Shown here one piece after another: positions 30,104-40,469 of a stretch of 64,000 nucleotides of DNA (the first letter of the stretch is position 1; every line of letters begins with the position of its first letter). Under the pieces are notes generated by a model, which did no database searches, was not told the origin of the DNA, and worked only from the letters and a program-made list of their open reading frames with translations. The stretch is from the NCBI GenBank assembly GCA_902495005.1, contig CABUVL010000002.1:3865-67864 (forward strand), written 5' to 3'. The DNA is from an uncultured Verrucomicrobiota bacterium (GTDB taxonomy: Bacteria > Verrucomicrobiota > Verrucomicrobiia > Opitutales > UBA9783). The translations under genes were made by a program, and so were the position numbers.

Positions 30104-31161
30104 TGGGGGTTGTAAGAGCCATCGCTTGCATCGCTTTTTACACATTGAGTGCGCTGACTAATGTGATGGTGTTGGGCGCTTTTACCGAGTCTTGGCTCGA
30201 TTCATTTGGGTGGTCCCGTTTGGAGTTAAGTCAGATGTACAGCTGTGCGATGGGCTTGGTTGCCGTGACGGTTGTTTTTGCGGGTATTGTCTTTGAAAAG
30301 TTGGGCTTTCGAAAGAGTTGTTTTTGGTCAAATTTAGCTTTGGGCTTAAGCTTGATGGGCATAAGTGGGTTGGTAGGGGACCATAAGTTTATTTTTGTTG
30401 CCTTATTGTTCATAATGCAATGGCTGGGCCAAGGCTTTCTCCTCGTCGCTTGCCGGAGTCAATTGATAAGTTGTGTGAAAGCCAAGGGCTTGTGGGCAGG
30501 TGTCCAAGAATCCTTAGGGACCATTACGGTGAGCTTGCTTCCTTTTTTAGTATTGCACTGTATCAGACTCTTCGGATGGCGCTCAGTAATGTGTGTGGAA
30601 GGCACTTGTTTTATCATTGCGGCATTGATGAGCTTGAGGGCCGTTGAAGCTCAAGCCCCAGCGGTTGAAAAATGGGACGGTGCCCCGTGGTTTTTATTAA
30701 AAGATGGGCGATTTTGGTGCATTAATTTGATCGTCAATCTGCCCATTTTGCTCAGTTCAGGATTTTTTGTCCACTTGGAAGCCTTTTGTCAAACTGGGTC
30801 GATAGGCCTCGCTAGCTTACAAATACTTTGGATCCCGCAAATGTTCTGCATTGTGGGCGCCCACATCTTATGGGGACTTCTGTCTTCACTGAGGACCTGG
30901 CGATTGAGAACACTGTTGATCTTTATTGTAAGCACACAAATAGCATGGTTGATGGGCTTAGTGTCTTTGTCCAGCATCTTTGGAAAGCTGTTGTATGTTT
31001 TAGGCAGCGGATTGGGATGGGGCTGCTTTGGCGTTTGGATTAACATCATTTGGGAACGTACATTTGGAAGCCGTTACAATAGTTTTTGCCTATCGTGGGC
31101 TGTCTTTATGGGCTTATTATTCAACGCACTGGGCCCATTAATATTTAACTTTGCGATTTAA
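30103..31161 (+). CDS. Polytopic membrane protein, MFS-transporter-like
   Basis: 352 aa with about 10-11 hydrophobic spans. TAATG overlap with the CPBP gene. No diagnostic motif recognised. Confidence 0.45.
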   Translation: MGVVRAIACIAFYTLSALTNVMVLGAFTESWLDSFGWSRLELSQMYSCAMGLVAVTVVFAGIVFEKLGFRKSCFWSNLALGLSLMGISGLVGDHKFIFVALLFIMQWLGQGFLLVACRSQLISCVKAKGLWAGVQESLGTITVSLLPFLVLHCIRLFGWRSVMCVEGTCFIIAALMSLRAVEAQAPAVEKWDGAPWFLLKDGRFWCINLIVNLPILLSSGFFVHLEAFCQTGSIGLASLQILWIPQMFCIVGAHILWGLLSSLRTWRLRTLLIFIVSTQIAWLMGLVSLSSIFGKLLYVLGSGLGWGCFGVWINIIWERTFGSRYNSFCLSWAVFMGLLFNALGPLIFNFAI

Positions 31162-32281
31162 TGATTTTCGAAAAACGCCGTATCGTTTGGCAAATAAAAT
31201 TCAGTTGTTCTTCCGTTAAACCGGGGTATATGGGCAAGCTTAAGACCTCCTCTGCCAGCTTGTGTGCAACTTTTGTGGGATGGCCGACGTCACTTGCAAT
31301 TGATTGAAAGCACGTTTGTAAGTCGAGCGTTTTCGGGTAATAGACGGCACAGCCTATATTATTTTGTTCTAAGAAAGTTTTTAATTCATTGCGTCTGCCG
31401 TGATGCACTCGGATGGTAAATTGATTCCACGTGTGTTGCCGGTGAGCGAGCTCACTGGGCAGGGTGAGATGGTCTTGTAAATGCTGGAGGGCTTGTAGGT
31501 AGAATTGTGCGTTTCGACGGCGCAGTTGTATCCACGTGTTTAGCTGTGGAAGCTTAATGTTCAGCAGGGCGGCTTGAAGTGTATCCATGCGGAAGTTACC
31601 GCCCAAATCCGTGTGTTCGTACCTCTTTTCGGCACCGTGAACGCGTAGACATTTCAATCTCTTGGCAAGCTCGGGATTGTTAGTTGAGACCAAGCCGCTA
31701 TCGCCAAAGCCGCCCAAATTTTTAGTGGGGAAAAAGCTAAATGTGCCCATGTCGCCCCAGGTGCCTGCCTGTTGACGGTTGTAGAGAGCCCCTTGCGCTT
31801 GCGCGACATCTTCAATGAAATACAAGTGATGCTTACGTGCAAAATCTTGAATGGCCTGGCAATCGCAGCATTGTCCAAACAGGTGGACGGCAATAATGGC
31901 TTTTGTCCGCGAACTGAGTTTCTTTTCAGCGTCGTTGAGGTCGATGCCGAAATCGCTCGCGTTGACATCTACCCAAATGGGGGTGGCACCCAATCGTGCG
32001 ATGCAGCTGGCGGAGGCAAAAAATGTGAACGATGGGCATAAAACTTCGTCACCTGGGCGAATATCGAGCGCCATGAGGGCAATTAATAACGCGTCTGTTC
32101 CGGACGATACGCCGATGGTAAATTGGCAGTTGAGGTAGCGGGCCATGGCCTGTTCAAAGGTTTCAATGGCGCCTCCTAAGATGTAGTTGCCAGAACGCAC
32201 AATTGTGTTGAATGCGTCCAGAAATTGTTCGTGTAAATCGGCGTGAATGGGCTTAATGTCGAATAGTGGTATTGCTTGCAT
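31145..32281 (-). CDS. DegT/DnrJ/EryC1/StrS-family PLP-dependent sugar aminotransferase (ArnB/WecE-like)
   Basis: 378 aa. N-terminal LGGAIETFEQAMARYL, GTDALLIAL, and FFPTKNLGGFGDSG with the PLP lysine context. Lies 75 nt downstream of sctR on the same strand. Confidence 0.85.
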   Translation of the reverse strand: MQAIPLFDIKPIHADLHEQFLDAFNTIVRSGNYILGGAIETFEQAMARYLNCQFTIGVSSGTDALLIALMALDIRPGDEVLCPSFTFFASASCIARLGATPIWVDVNASDFGIDLNDAEKKLSSRTKAIIAVHLFGQCCDCQAIQDFARKHHLYFIEDVAQAQGALYNRQQAGTWGDMGTFSFFPTKNLGGFGDSGLVSTNNPELAKRLKCLRVHGAEKRYEHTDLGGNFRMDTLQAALLNIKLPQLNTWIQLRRRNAQFYLQALQHLQDHLTLPSELAHRQHTWNQFTIRVHHGRRNELKTFLEQNNIGCAVYYPKTLDLQTCFQSIASDVGHPTKVAHKLAEEVLSLPIYPGLTEEQLNFICQTIRRFSKIIKSQS

Positions 32282-32356
32282 GCCTATACGCTAATTAGTT
32301 GGCGGTGGAATGCCAGTTAATTATTAAGCGATTTAGCCTGAAAAATCGTTAAGACC

Positions 32357-33133
32357 TCAAGCGTAGGTTAAGAGAAGCGCCTCCACTAATTTTGACCAAC
32401 CGTTTACGAGGACGAACAGCATGAGCTTAAATGGCAATGAGATCGTCATCGGGGATACCATCATCATTCCCATTGCCAACAAAATGTTTGATACCACGAG
32501 ATCAATCGCAATAAATGGCAGGTAGATGAGAAAGCCAATTTCGAATGCGGATGTCAGTTCAGACAGAATGAAAGCGGGAACGCAGATGAGCAAATTGTCA
32601 CGTTTGATTTCTTGCTTGTACTGATTGGGCCAAAGGCGTTTGGCGACTTGTATAAAAAATTGAGATTGTTTCTGAGTTGTGTGTTGCAATAAGAATTGAG
32701 TAATGGGTTCCTTGAGGTAATTTAGAAGCGCCTTGGTATCGTTTAGACCTTGTTCATTGTCGGAACTGAGCGCGGACAACAGCGTGTTACTAAGCTGGCT
32801 TGTATCATGGTAGGCCTTAAATTTCTCGGGCAAGGAAAATGAATTTGGATTTTGTTTACGTAATTTGAACTGCTGATTAATTTCAACCGCGCGATGGATG
32901 CTCTCCTGCATGATGGGTGCCATGATGTACAGGGACAATATGATGGCCAGTCCGTTGATAATCATATTCGGAGGGATTTGTTGCAGCCCCATGGCTTGTC
33001 GAATCAGGTTCATGACGATAACCAACTTGACGTACGAGGTTATCATCAAGATGATAAACGGGGCCAGTGAAAGGGAGACGAGGAAGAGAACGATCGCAAT
33101 GGGATCGTAGATAAATGAAGAATCGAGGCTCAT
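32357..33133 (-). CDS. sctR: T3SS export-gate protein SctR (YscR/FliP family)
   Basis: LIRQAMGLQQIPPNMIINGLAIILSLYIMAP and SELTSAFEIGFLIYLPFIAIDLVVSNILLAMGMMMVSPMTISLPFKL are near-identical to YscR-type blocks as I recall them. Confidence 0.9.
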   Translation of the reverse strand: MSLDSSFIYDPIAIVLFLVSLSLAPFIILMITSYVKLVIVMNLIRQAMGLQQIPPNMIINGLAIILSLYIMAPIMQESIHRAVEINQQFKLRKQNPNSFSLPEKFKAYHDTSQLSNTLLSALSSDNEQGLNDTKALLNYLKEPITQFLLQHTTQKQSQFFIQVAKRLWPNQYKQEIKRDNLLICVPAFILSELTSAFEIGFLIYLPFIAIDLVVSNILLAMGMMMVSPMTISLPFKLMLFVLVNGWSKLVEALLLTYA

Positions 33134-34209
33134 GAATTTAATTGAGTTATACGAACGCCGAAATGTTCATTGATGCATACCCACTCTCCCATACCGATCG
33201 TTTTGCCGTTGGCTTTAATTTCGACAAAGTCATTGACGGCGTGATCGGTTTCAAACGTGTATCCCACGTGTAGATTTTTGATCTCATCAAAGGTCATTGC
33301 CTTTTGTCCGGCGTTAAAAGTAATGAGCACGGGTAATTGACTTACGTCGGCTACCTTAACCATGGAAGGTGGGGTGTCCGTCGTCTCTTCTGCAGCTTCG
33401 TTGGCAGCAGTATCGGTGCCATTGTCTCCCGATATTTCCGGTGTATCATCTTCTGGAATAATACCCGCGGGTAAATCATTTGTGTCGTCCATAAGCGAAG
33501 TTTGTATTTCGAATTTGTTCAAGGCCACATTCTTGGCCCAAAAGGCAAAGCCCTTTGTATGAAATTTTACGAGTTTATCTTTTGCCCACACTTGCTCTTG
33601 AGCTAATACGATGTCCCCCTCACGAATAGAATGGAGCTCATTCAGCGTTATCTTGGCGTACCCACTCTCTATGTTGAATAAAAATGGGATGGCGTTGGGG
33701 TTAAATAAATCTTGCGAATGCGGATGGCTTTGCAGGATTTTTTGGAAAAAAGAAATGCACGGCTCGTCATCCATTATCAATAGGGAACTTTTCTTCGTCC
33801 CCACGACGCTGAGGGTGGCAAATGCAGCAAAGTTTTCTTGGGGCGCTAAGCGCAAGTCAGCTTTCGAAAAGGTCCCTGTATAAAGCGGCTTGAGTATTTC
33901 GGCAAGGGTCTCGTGGTACGCGTCCAACAGGCAATTTTGAAAGTCTTGATCACAGTCAGCCCACTTGATGGAAGCCAGTTGAGGGTCTAAAAAGTTGAGA
34001 AAATTGTCTTCCAATAAACCGAGTTGAAGTAAACTTTCGTCGTAATGGTAGCTCAACGTGGCAATCACATTTTGCTGTTCGGGTGGGGTGATTTCAAGAT
34101 GATACGTTTCATTATTAAATGAGGTCGACAATTGTGATGGAGAAAACCACGCGTTAATTAAATTAACGTACGAAGTTGTCAATTGAACACGCGGTATGAA
34201 TTTTTCCAT
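33130..34209 (-). CDS. sctQ: T3SS sorting-platform / C-ring protein SctQ
   Basis: 359 aa. C-terminal SpoA (FliN-like) domain LPVLITFNAGQKAMTFDEIKNLHVGYTF...IKANGKTIGMGEWVCINEHFGVRI. Position between sctP and sctR. Confidence 0.75.
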   Translation of the reverse strand: MEKFIPRVQLTTSYVNLINAWFSPSQLSTSFNNETYHLEITPPEQQNVIATLSYHYDESLLQLGLLEDNFLNFLDPQLASIKWADCDQDFQNCLLDAYHETLAEILKPLYTGTFSKADLRLAPQENFAAFATLSVVGTKKSSLLIMDDEPCISFFQKILQSHPHSQDLFNPNAIPFLFNIESGYAKITLNELHSIREGDIVLAQEQVWAKDKLVKFHTKGFAFWAKNVALNKFEIQTSLMDDTNDLPAGIIPEDDTPEISGDNGTDTAANEAAEETTDTPPSMVKVADVSQLPVLITFNAGQKAMTFDEIKNLHVGYTFETDHAVNDFVEIKANGKTIGMGEWVCINEHFGVRITQLNS

Positions 34210-35135
34210 TATTCGTCGTCTTCAGCTGCTTGATACTCGTAGCGGTTTCTTGAGTGGCCGTCATGAGGCTGACTGTTGTTTTCTTGCGCACGTACGTTGA
34301 CCGAAATTGTCTGAAAATTTTGCAACTTGTCGGTCAGATAAGCCTGTAAATTAGCCTGCGTGTTAATGAGGAAATTTTCTGTTTGTGGATGATGAGACAC
34401 AAAGGTGATGTTTAATTGTTGTCCTTGCTTGAGCAAGTTTACCTCTGTATTGGGAAGCAGTTGGGGGTTAAAGATAATTTTCACATTTTGTTTATGATCT
34501 AATGCGTTTGTTGATACTAAGATTTGATTTACGAGTTCTTCCTGAATTGCATTGATGAGTGGGCTTGCTTCAGACGACCTTACGGTGGACGCGTTAGAAA
34601 GCATTTGTAAATTGTGAAGAATTTTGTCCCCTTGAGTTTGAATTGGAACAGGAACTGCTTGGATGTTTTGAATGCTGTCGGTGTCGCTTGTTGTTATCTT
34701 CTGGCTGTAATTTTGAGAATTATGGGCCGTGATGGTACTTGGTAAGGGCAACCCTTTGTCCGTTGTTGAACTTGTAATGCTGGGGGAAGGTAAGTTGTGC
34801 GTCGCTTTTTGAGAAGAAGCGTGCACTAACTCGTTCGCCGCTGGCAAAACTTTGGAGGCAGTTTTTTGTTCTGGAGAATTGTCTATAGTGCTAGTGTTGT
34901 GATGGTTGATAGGGGTGCTGCGAATGGATTTAGAGTGGGTTGGCACAAGTAGGTTGGCGTTGCAACTGAGAGGAGTTTGTTCGTTCAATATATTCGGGTC
35001 TTGTAGGAGCTTATTGAAGGTATCAACGGTGGATGAATCGGGTGGCACATCTGTAGAAACGGCCGTATGGTCTAAATCGGGGTTTTCTGCAATTGTGCTA
35101 GAAAATAAATCTGTTGCTGTTGAGAGTTCCTTCAT
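34209..35135 (-). CDS. sctP: SctP-like needle-length regulator
   Basis: 308 aa. Low-complexity Ser/Thr/Pro/Asn N-terminal two-thirds. C-terminal T3S4/FliK-like domain (NVKIIFNPQLLPNTEVNLLKQGQQLNITFVSHHPQTENFL). Position between sctO and sctQ. Confidence 0.5.
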   Translation of the reverse strand: MKELSTATDLFSSTIAENPDLDHTAVSTDVPPDSSTVDTFNKLLQDPNILNEQTPLSCNANLLVPTHSKSIRSTPINHHNTSTIDNSPEQKTASKVLPAANELVHASSQKATHNLPSPSITSSTTDKGLPLPSTITAHNSQNYSQKITTSDTDSIQNIQAVPVPIQTQGDKILHNLQMLSNASTVRSSEASPLINAIQEELVNQILVSTNALDHKQNVKIIFNPQLLPNTEVNLLKQGQQLNITFVSHHPQTENFLINTQANLQAYLTDKLQNFQTISVNVRAQENNSQPHDGHSRNRYEYQAAEDDE

Positions 35136-35140
35136 AATAC

Positions 35141-35617
35141 TTATAAGTCTTTAGGTTTTGTTTTAAAGTCTTCCAGTTCCAGGTCTTGGGCAAGTTGTTC
35201 CAAAATGTTGACTTCATTTTTCCAAGTGACCTTGTGTTCTTCAATTTTGTTCATTTCCACTGTGGCGCGCTTTAACTCTTGCTTGCATTGTTCAAATTTT
35301 TTCGCAGCCTCTGCTTCTATAGTTTGTGCTTTTTTCAGCGTGATTGCAAGCTTCGATTGATGTTCGTCGAGTTTTCCCACTTTAAATGCTGTTAAGTCTA
35401 GGTAGTTGCGTTTAAATTGGCTTTTTTTAACGAGCTTGTCATAAACTTTTTGTATAAACATGGGTTTTTTTTGAATAAACTCGTTCAAATTAAGGGAGGC
35501 TTGTTCCGTTGTTTTTTGTGCTTCAAGCCACGCGTTTTTAGCCTTTACAAGCGCATCTGTAGCCCGATCTTTTCTGAGGTTTCGGACGCGCAGTAGATCT
35601 TCTAATTCGTATTTCAT
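35141..35617 (-). CDS. sctO: SctO stalk protein (YscO/FliJ-like coiled coil)
   Basis: 158 aa, all-helical Lys/Glu-rich coiled coil immediately downstream of the ATPase gene. Confidence 0.55.
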   Translation of the reverse strand: MKYELEDLLRVRNLRKDRATDALVKAKNAWLEAQKTTEQASLNLNEFIQKKPMFIQKVYDKLVKKSQFKRNYLDLTAFKVGKLDEHQSKLAITLKKAQTIEAEAAKKFEQCKQELKRATVEMNKIEEHKVTWKNEVNILEQLAQDLELEDFKTKPKDL

Positions 35618-35637
35618 GGGTACTGTGGAAGATCGAC

Positions 35638-36957
35638 TTAGGAATTAACCAATGCAATCATGCGTTCGACAGTTTCGTCGTAAGAAGACTTCTCGTTCAA
35701 GCCTTGTTGAAGAAATTGGTTTAATCGTGGCATTTTTGCGATTGCTTCGTCGACCGCTGCGTCACTTCCTTTTTTGTATTCGCCGATGCGTAGTAGTAAT
35801 TCGACTTCTTGGTACTTAGCCAACATGTTTCTAAATTTGCCCGCGGCCTTAATGTGCTCTTTGGGCACGATGGCGCTCATAACACGACTGACACTGGCAA
35901 GAACGTCAATGGCGGGATAGTGGTTTGCGCTCGCTAACTTACGTGATAGGATAATGTGTCCGTCCAGGATGGAACGGGTTTCATCGGCGATAGGTTCGGT
36001 CATGTCGTCGCCTTCAACTAAGACGGTATAGAGTGCGGTAATGGAGCCTTTATCGGATTGCCCGGCACGTTCCATCAATTTTGGGAGTGTGGAAAATACG
36101 GAGGGTGGAAATCCGCGACGTGTGGGAGGTTCACCGGCGGCCAAGCCAATTTCACGTTGTGCGCGGCCAAATCGGGTAACGGAATCCATCATAAGCAAAA
36201 CCTTTTTGCCCTGATCACGGAAGAATTCAGCCACACTGGTTGCCACATAAGCGGCCTTGAGACGTTCCATAGAAGAGCGATCGGAGGTTGCCACGACGAG
36301 TACAGAACGACGTAGACCTTCTTCGCCCAGATCTCGTTCGATAAATTCTCGTACTTCGCGGCCCCGTTCTCCGATGAGCGCGAGCACGACGATTTCTGCC
36401 GCTGTATTTCGGATAATTTGAGCCAACAGCGTGCTCTTACCGCCGCCTGCGGCGGCGAATATACCCAGCCGTTGACCTTCTCCGCAAGTGAGCAAGCCGT
36501 CGAGGACACGTAACCCGAGGGACATGGGCTTATCAATGGGGTTGCGGCTCATGGCGTTTGGGGGATCAGCGTAAACGGGATAGTAGGTTTCCGGCACAAA
36601 TGGGCCCTTTGTGGCCTCGTCTGTGACGAGTCCTAAGCCGTTGAGAACGCGGCCCAGCAGTCCATTTCCCACCGGTACACTGTGGGTTTTTCCTGAGGGG
36701 ATAACCTGTGTGGAGGAGGAGATGCCGTTGAGGTCGCCGAGGGGTGTTAACAAAGCTGCTTCCTGAGCGAACCCAACGACTTCGGCCAATACGGTTTGCT
36801 GGTTATCTTGATTGACCAAGGAACAAATTTCACCGATTTTAACGCCGGGAACAAACGCTTTTACGATGGTTCCAACAACTTGTAATACCTTCCCCTTCGT
36901 TGATATGGTTGTTGTTGTTTGAATCGTATTATCCAATAAATTTTGCAAATTTTGCAT
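35638..36957 (-). CDS. sctN: T3SS ATPase SctN
   Basis: 440 aa from [10 protein letters not shown] (the track start 37089 overlaps sctL and is rejected). Walker [11 protein letters not shown], Walker [13 protein letters not shown]1/FliI-like fold. Confidence 0.92.
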   Translation of the reverse strand: MQNLQNLLDNTIQTTTTISTKGKVLQVVGTIVKAFVPGVKIGEICSLVNQDNQQTVLAEVVGFAQEAALLTPLGDLNGISSSTQVIPSGKTHSVPVGNGLLGRVLNGLGLVTDEATKGPFVPETYYPVYADPPNAMSRNPIDKPMSLGLRVLDGLLTCGEGQRLGIFAAAGGGKSTLLAQIIRNTAAEIVVLALIGERGREVREFIERDLGEEGLRRSVLVVATSDRSSMERLKAAYVATSVAEFFRDQGKKVLLMMDSVTRFGRAQREIGLAAGEPPTRRGFPPSVFSTLPKLMERAGQSDKGSITALYTVLVEGDDMTEPIADETRSILDGHIILSRKLASANHYPAIDVLASVSRVMSAIVPKEHIKAAGKFRNMLAKYQEVELLLRIGEYKKGSDAAVDEAIAKMPRLNQFLQQGLNEKSSYDETVERMIALVNS

Positions 36958-36958
36958 G

Positions 36959-37597
36959 TTAATGAAGGACTGATTGGATCGCTTTAATGAGTGTACTGAG
37001 TTGCATTTCAAGGCTGGCATCCAGGATGCCCGTCTCTGTTTCAAGAATGCATTGGTCCAGCTGCATATTTTTGTTGATCTCGATTTCAATGCGCTCCAGG
37101 CCCGGTTGAATGTTACTTAACTCTTTGATATGTTTTTTTAGCAGAACGGCTTGATCTTGATGGACGTGAATCTTTAAAAATTTCCCATTAGGAACGGACT
37201 TGAGCGCGTTTTTCACCAAGAGCTCAATGCGTTCTTCGGGAGGGTACTCACCTAAAATTTTTTCAACGCTTGTCTGTACGGTATGGATGAGAATTTGTTG
37301 TAGATTTGATAAGTAGTTAATGCCTCCTGAAAGCATATTAAACAACATGACCGTTTGTTTTTTGTGACTTTCTTCCATTCCATCGTTGAACCCACGTGCT
37401 TTCTCACTTTCATAAGTGTCTTGAGCGTCCTTAATGATAAGGTCGGCTTGCATGTTTGCCTGTTGAATAATTTTTTTAGCCTTGTTTTTGGCGTCATTGA
37501 TGAGAGCTTCCGACTGGGCTACACACGCGTAATCTTCATAGGGTATGATGCGGGTCTTGGGGCATAATTTTTTGTTGGCAATTAACGATAAGAGCAT
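36959..37597 (-). CDS. sctL: SctL stator (YscL/FliH family)
   Basis: 212 aa. The N-terminal helical region with [43 protein letters not shown] matches the FliH/YscL pattern. Its stop is 1 nt before the sctN ATG. Confidence 0.7.
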   Translation of the reverse strand: MLLSLIANKKLCPKTRIIPYEDYACVAQSEALINDAKNKAKKIIQQANMQADLIIKDAQDTYESEKARGFNDGMEESHKKQTVMLFNMLSGGINYLSNLQQILIHTVQTSVEKILGEYPPEERIELLVKNALKSVPNGKFLKIHVHQDQAVLLKKHIKELSNIQPGLERIEIEINKNMQLDQCILETETGILDASLEMQLSTLIKAIQSVLH

Positions 37598-37601
37598 GGT
37601 G

Positions 37602-38252
37602 TTATACTAATTTTTTGGTTATAAGCGAATTGCAGAGTGAAATGAGTTGAATTTGATCCTGTGTGCTGACTTGAAGATTAAAATCCCAAGTCATGTTGCT
37701 TGGAAACTTGAGTGTAAAGCGTTTCAGTAGGTCGGGATGGCAATCAAATAAGCAGTATTCAATGGCGAGTTGGCCTGTTGAGAGGATATTATCAATCATG
37801 TTGTTACCAGAACATTCTGAAAACAAGTGCATGGGTAAGTGTGGGAAAAATAGAGAGGCACGTTTTAAGATACACGTGTAGATGGATTCCCCTAACAATT
37901 CAATGAGCTGCTTGTGTTGCCACTTTTGAACACTTGTTTTGATGTTGCGCGAAAAACGCAAAGCTCCAATGAAATGCTGTAAATTTAATAAAGTGCTCGT
38001 TGGTAAAAATAGCCACTCTTTGAGCGGAGACTCCAGTTGTTTTATGGGGAAGGAATTAAGGTTTAATTTGTGCCTTAAATAAGTTTGAATGTGTTGAACG
38101 AGCAGTGGGTTTTGCAAGTTTTGTAAATTAATGGTATGAGGCAAATGGTCGGCCAATGTACTTGCGTGAACGTCAATTATAGATTGACTGTATTTTATAA
38201 ACTTAAAAAACAGTGGCTTATCATTTTCCCATAGATGTTTGACGTTAACCAT
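37602..38252 (-). CDS. sctK: SctK-like sorting-platform linker (by size and position)
   Basis: 216-aa soluble protein between sctJ and sctL, as for yscK. No motif recognised. Confidence 0.45.
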   Translation of the reverse strand: MVNVKHLWENDKPLFFKFIKYSQSIIDVHASTLADHLPHTINLQNLQNPLLVQHIQTYLRHKLNLNSFPIKQLESPLKEWLFLPTSTLLNLQHFIGALRFSRNIKTSVQKWQHKQLIELLGESIYTCILKRASLFFPHLPMHLFSECSGNNMIDNILSTGQLAIEYCLFDCHPDLLKRFTLKFPSNMTWDFNLQVSTQDQIQLISLCNSLITKKLV

Positions 38253-38258
38253 AGTTGG

Positions 38259-39038
38259 CTAAGCCTCAGGCGTAGGTGTCGATTTGGCATTTTTGTTGTT
38301 ATTAAATAGCACGAATAGAGCCCCGATGAAAATGGCGGATAATCCGGTGATAATGCAAACAATCAGGCACCAGAATTTGACGACCGAGTCGTTGGCTACC
38401 TTAATGAATAGCACTTGTGTAAATTGCTTTGTTTTTTTCAGAAATTCATTTGGCAATCGTTCATTCGGGTTGCTCGCGGGGAATAAAGAGACGTTGACCT
38501 TATCGTAACTTAGGCCTTCGACGCTATTTGTCACCAATTGTCGAATGTCGCGCACGGAATCTTCAAGGTTAACCTGCGGCAGGTGTGAAATGAAGATGGC
38601 GGCCGAGGAAGGGGTTACTTTCGTGTCGTAAGCTTCTGTGTCCGGCAATACAATGTGCACCCGCGCGGTTACAACGCCGTGTATGTGGGTTAATGTTTCA
38701 GCTAAGTTGTCGGACAATGCGTGCATGAAGCGCACGCGTTCTTCAAAGGGTGAAGAGACAAGCCCAGACTTTTTAAACACATCTCCGATGGTTTTAAACG
38801 TATCTCTTGGATATCCCACTTCGTTGAGGAGTCCAACGGCCTCCGTAAATTGTTGGGGCGCCACATTAATGTCCCAAGTGCCTTCTGTCCCCGCCACTTT
38901 TTCGCAATCAATTTGATTTGAAAGTAGTATGGCAACCATGTCATTTGCCTCTTTCTCCGGCATGCTGGTGTACAAAGTTTGTTTGCTGCATCCGCAGCAT
39001 ATAAGTGAAAGTAATAAAAAGCTGACTTTCCAATTCAT
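38259..39038 (-). CDS. sctJ: SctJ inner-membrane ring lipoprotein (YscJ/PrgK family)
   Basis: Signal peptide with lipobox (LICCGCS), YscJ-type domain (LYTSMPEKEANDMVAILLSNQIDCEK...GVVTARVHIVLP), C-terminal TM. Confidence 0.9.
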   Translation of the reverse strand: MNWKVSFLLLSLICCGCSKQTLYTSMPEKEANDMVAILLSNQIDCEKVAGTEGTWDINVAPQQFTEAVGLLNEVGYPRDTFKTIGDVFKKSGLVSSPFEERVRFMHALSDNLAETLTHIHGVVTARVHIVLPDTEAYDTKVTPSSAAIFISHLPQVNLEDSVRDIRQLVTNSVEGLSYDKVNVSLFPASNPNERLPNEFLKKTKQFTQVLFIKVANDSVVKFWCLIVCIITGLSAIFIGALFVLFNNNKNAKSTPTPEA

Positions 39039-39045
39039 GATGGCA

Positions 39046-39453
39046 TTACTGATTTCGAAAGAGGGTTTGCGTCCCTTGACTCATCTTATCGGCACTTTTA
39101 GAAATAAGGTCCTGAGTTATTTGATAATCAATCAATAGTTTTTGCAATTTGAGCGTGTCTGCGATGGTAATGGAGTCAGTGGCACTCATTTGCGTGATGG
39201 TATTGTTGATATCGCTTACGGTACTGCCTTGAGCTTCAGATACGCGTTGCAATGAGAGTAAGATCTCGTCACCGGGGGTGTGTGCCACAGTTTCGAATGA
39301 TGGGATCGCTGTTCCCGTTAAAGAACTGACGAGATTGTTGTCTACATCCAACGTAGGTTCCAATTCGGCGGGTTGAATTTCTGTTTCTTGCGCAGTGGCT
39401 TCGAAATGGGGTTGCCCTTGAATTTTGCCAAGGGTACTATTGTCAATGCTCAT
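39046..39453 (-). CDS. sctI: SctI inner-rod protein
   Basis: 135 aa. The C-terminal LKLQKLLIDYQITQDLISKSADKMSQGTQTLFRNQ resembles YscI/PrgJ C-termini. Position before sctJ. Confidence 0.6.
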   Translation of the reverse strand: MSIDNSTLGKIQGQPHFEATAQETEIQPAELEPTLDVDNNLVSSLTGTAIPSFETVAHTPGDEILLSLQRVSEAQGSTVSDINNTITQMSATDSITIADTLKLQKLLIDYQITQDLISKSADKMSQGTQTLFRNQ

Positions 39454-39908
39454 AATGTGCTTACATCTACATGGAGATGTTGTTCCATTTGTTTAGCTTG
39501 TAATTCCATGGGCGATAATGGCTTTTGGTAACTATCTAAGATAACTTGAGCCAATTGTTTCGCAGAGGGATTTTTACCCAATTTTACGACGGATTCGGCT
39601 GCACTGATGGCGTGCTGATCCACGTGGGTCATTTTAAAGGCGATGGCTAAGAAGCTGCGTGCCATTTCATTTTGTGGATCTTTTGCGAGAACGCTGAATA
39701 AGGTGCGAACGCCTTCTGTGACATTACTTGAGAAGATCAGCCCGGCTCCTTGAGCGATCCGTGCATCGAGGCTGTCTGGACGTGCTTGAACGATTGCTTC
39801 GAAGATGGCTCGAGATTCATTTGGAAAACCGTTGTTGGCGCCTACGTAGGCAATTTCTGCCAGCAATTGAAGCATTTCGCTCGGAATTTTTTCGAGAAAT
39901 GTGTCCAT
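39450..39908 (-). CDS. YscG-like TPR needle-subunit chaperone
   Basis: 152 aa. LQLLAEIAYVGANNGFPNESRAIFEAI parallels YscG [25 protein letters not shown] (recalled). Directly downstream of sctF. Confidence 0.6.
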   Translation of the reverse strand: MDTFLEKIPSEMLQLLAEIAYVGANNGFPNESRAIFEAIVQARPDSLDARIAQGAGLIFSSNVTEGVRTLFSVLAKDPQNEMARSFLAIAFKMTHVDQHAISAAESVVKLGKNPSAKQLAQVILDSYQKPLSPMELQAKQMEQHLHVDVSTL

Positions 39909-39919
39909 AATAATTTATT

Positions 39920-40246
39920 TTAACGAATGTTTTGAACGGTGTTTTTAAGGCCTGTTGAGACGCCGGATTGAAAGTTTGACAATAATTGGGAGGCCAATTG
40001 CCATCGTGTCATGGTCATTTGGGCGGACATGAGTCGACTTTGGTCAAGTTGTCCTGGGGCAATGCTGGACAACTCTGTTAAAATTTGGTTCATCTGTGTT
40101 TCGCCTTTTGCGACAAGGCCGACAACGCTGTTGGCGACATTATCGATATTGGTTACATCACCTGTTGCCCAAAAGTCGGCTTGCCTTGTAAAGGTATAAT
40201 TTGTTGGGTTTAGGTCTTTTGCGCTTGGAGGTTGTGGATATGACAT
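39920..40246 (-). CDS. sctF: SctF needle subunit (long N-terminal extension)
   Basis: 108 aa. Helix-turn-helix C-terminal half PGQLDQSRLMSAQMTMTRWQLASQLLSNFQSGVSTGLKNTVQNIR ends like YscF/MxiH. Confidence 0.7.
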   Translation of the reverse strand: MSYPQPPSAKDLNPTNYTFTRQADFWATGDVTNIDNVANSVVGLVAKGETQMNQILTELSSIAPGQLDQSRLMSAQMTMTRWQLASQLLSNFQSGVSTGLKNTVQNIR

Positions 40247-40251
40247 AATTA

Positions 40252-40467
40252 TCAGTGTGTTAAAATTGTTTCTGCGTGTTGTATTGCCGTTTTGAGGCTT
40301 TCCAGTACTTCAAAGTGAGTTTTTTCAGATGCGCTTGGTACCAGTTGGTAAATCATTGATTTATAGTGTGCCAATTGATCTCGTAGTTGCCGACGATAGC
40401 TGCCGTTGTTGTCGTTTTGAAGTTTTGATTCCATTTCGGCGAGTGTAATTTTTTGACCTTGATCCAT
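40252..40467 (-). CDS. YscE-like small helical co-chaperone (by size and position)
   Basis: 71-aa predicted helical hairpin between sctD and sctF, as for yscE. Confidence 0.4.
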   Translation of the reverse strand: MDQGQKITLAEMESKLQNDNNGSYRRQLRDQLAHYKSMIYQLVPSASEKTHFEVLESLKTAIQHAETILTH

Positions 40468-40469
40468 AG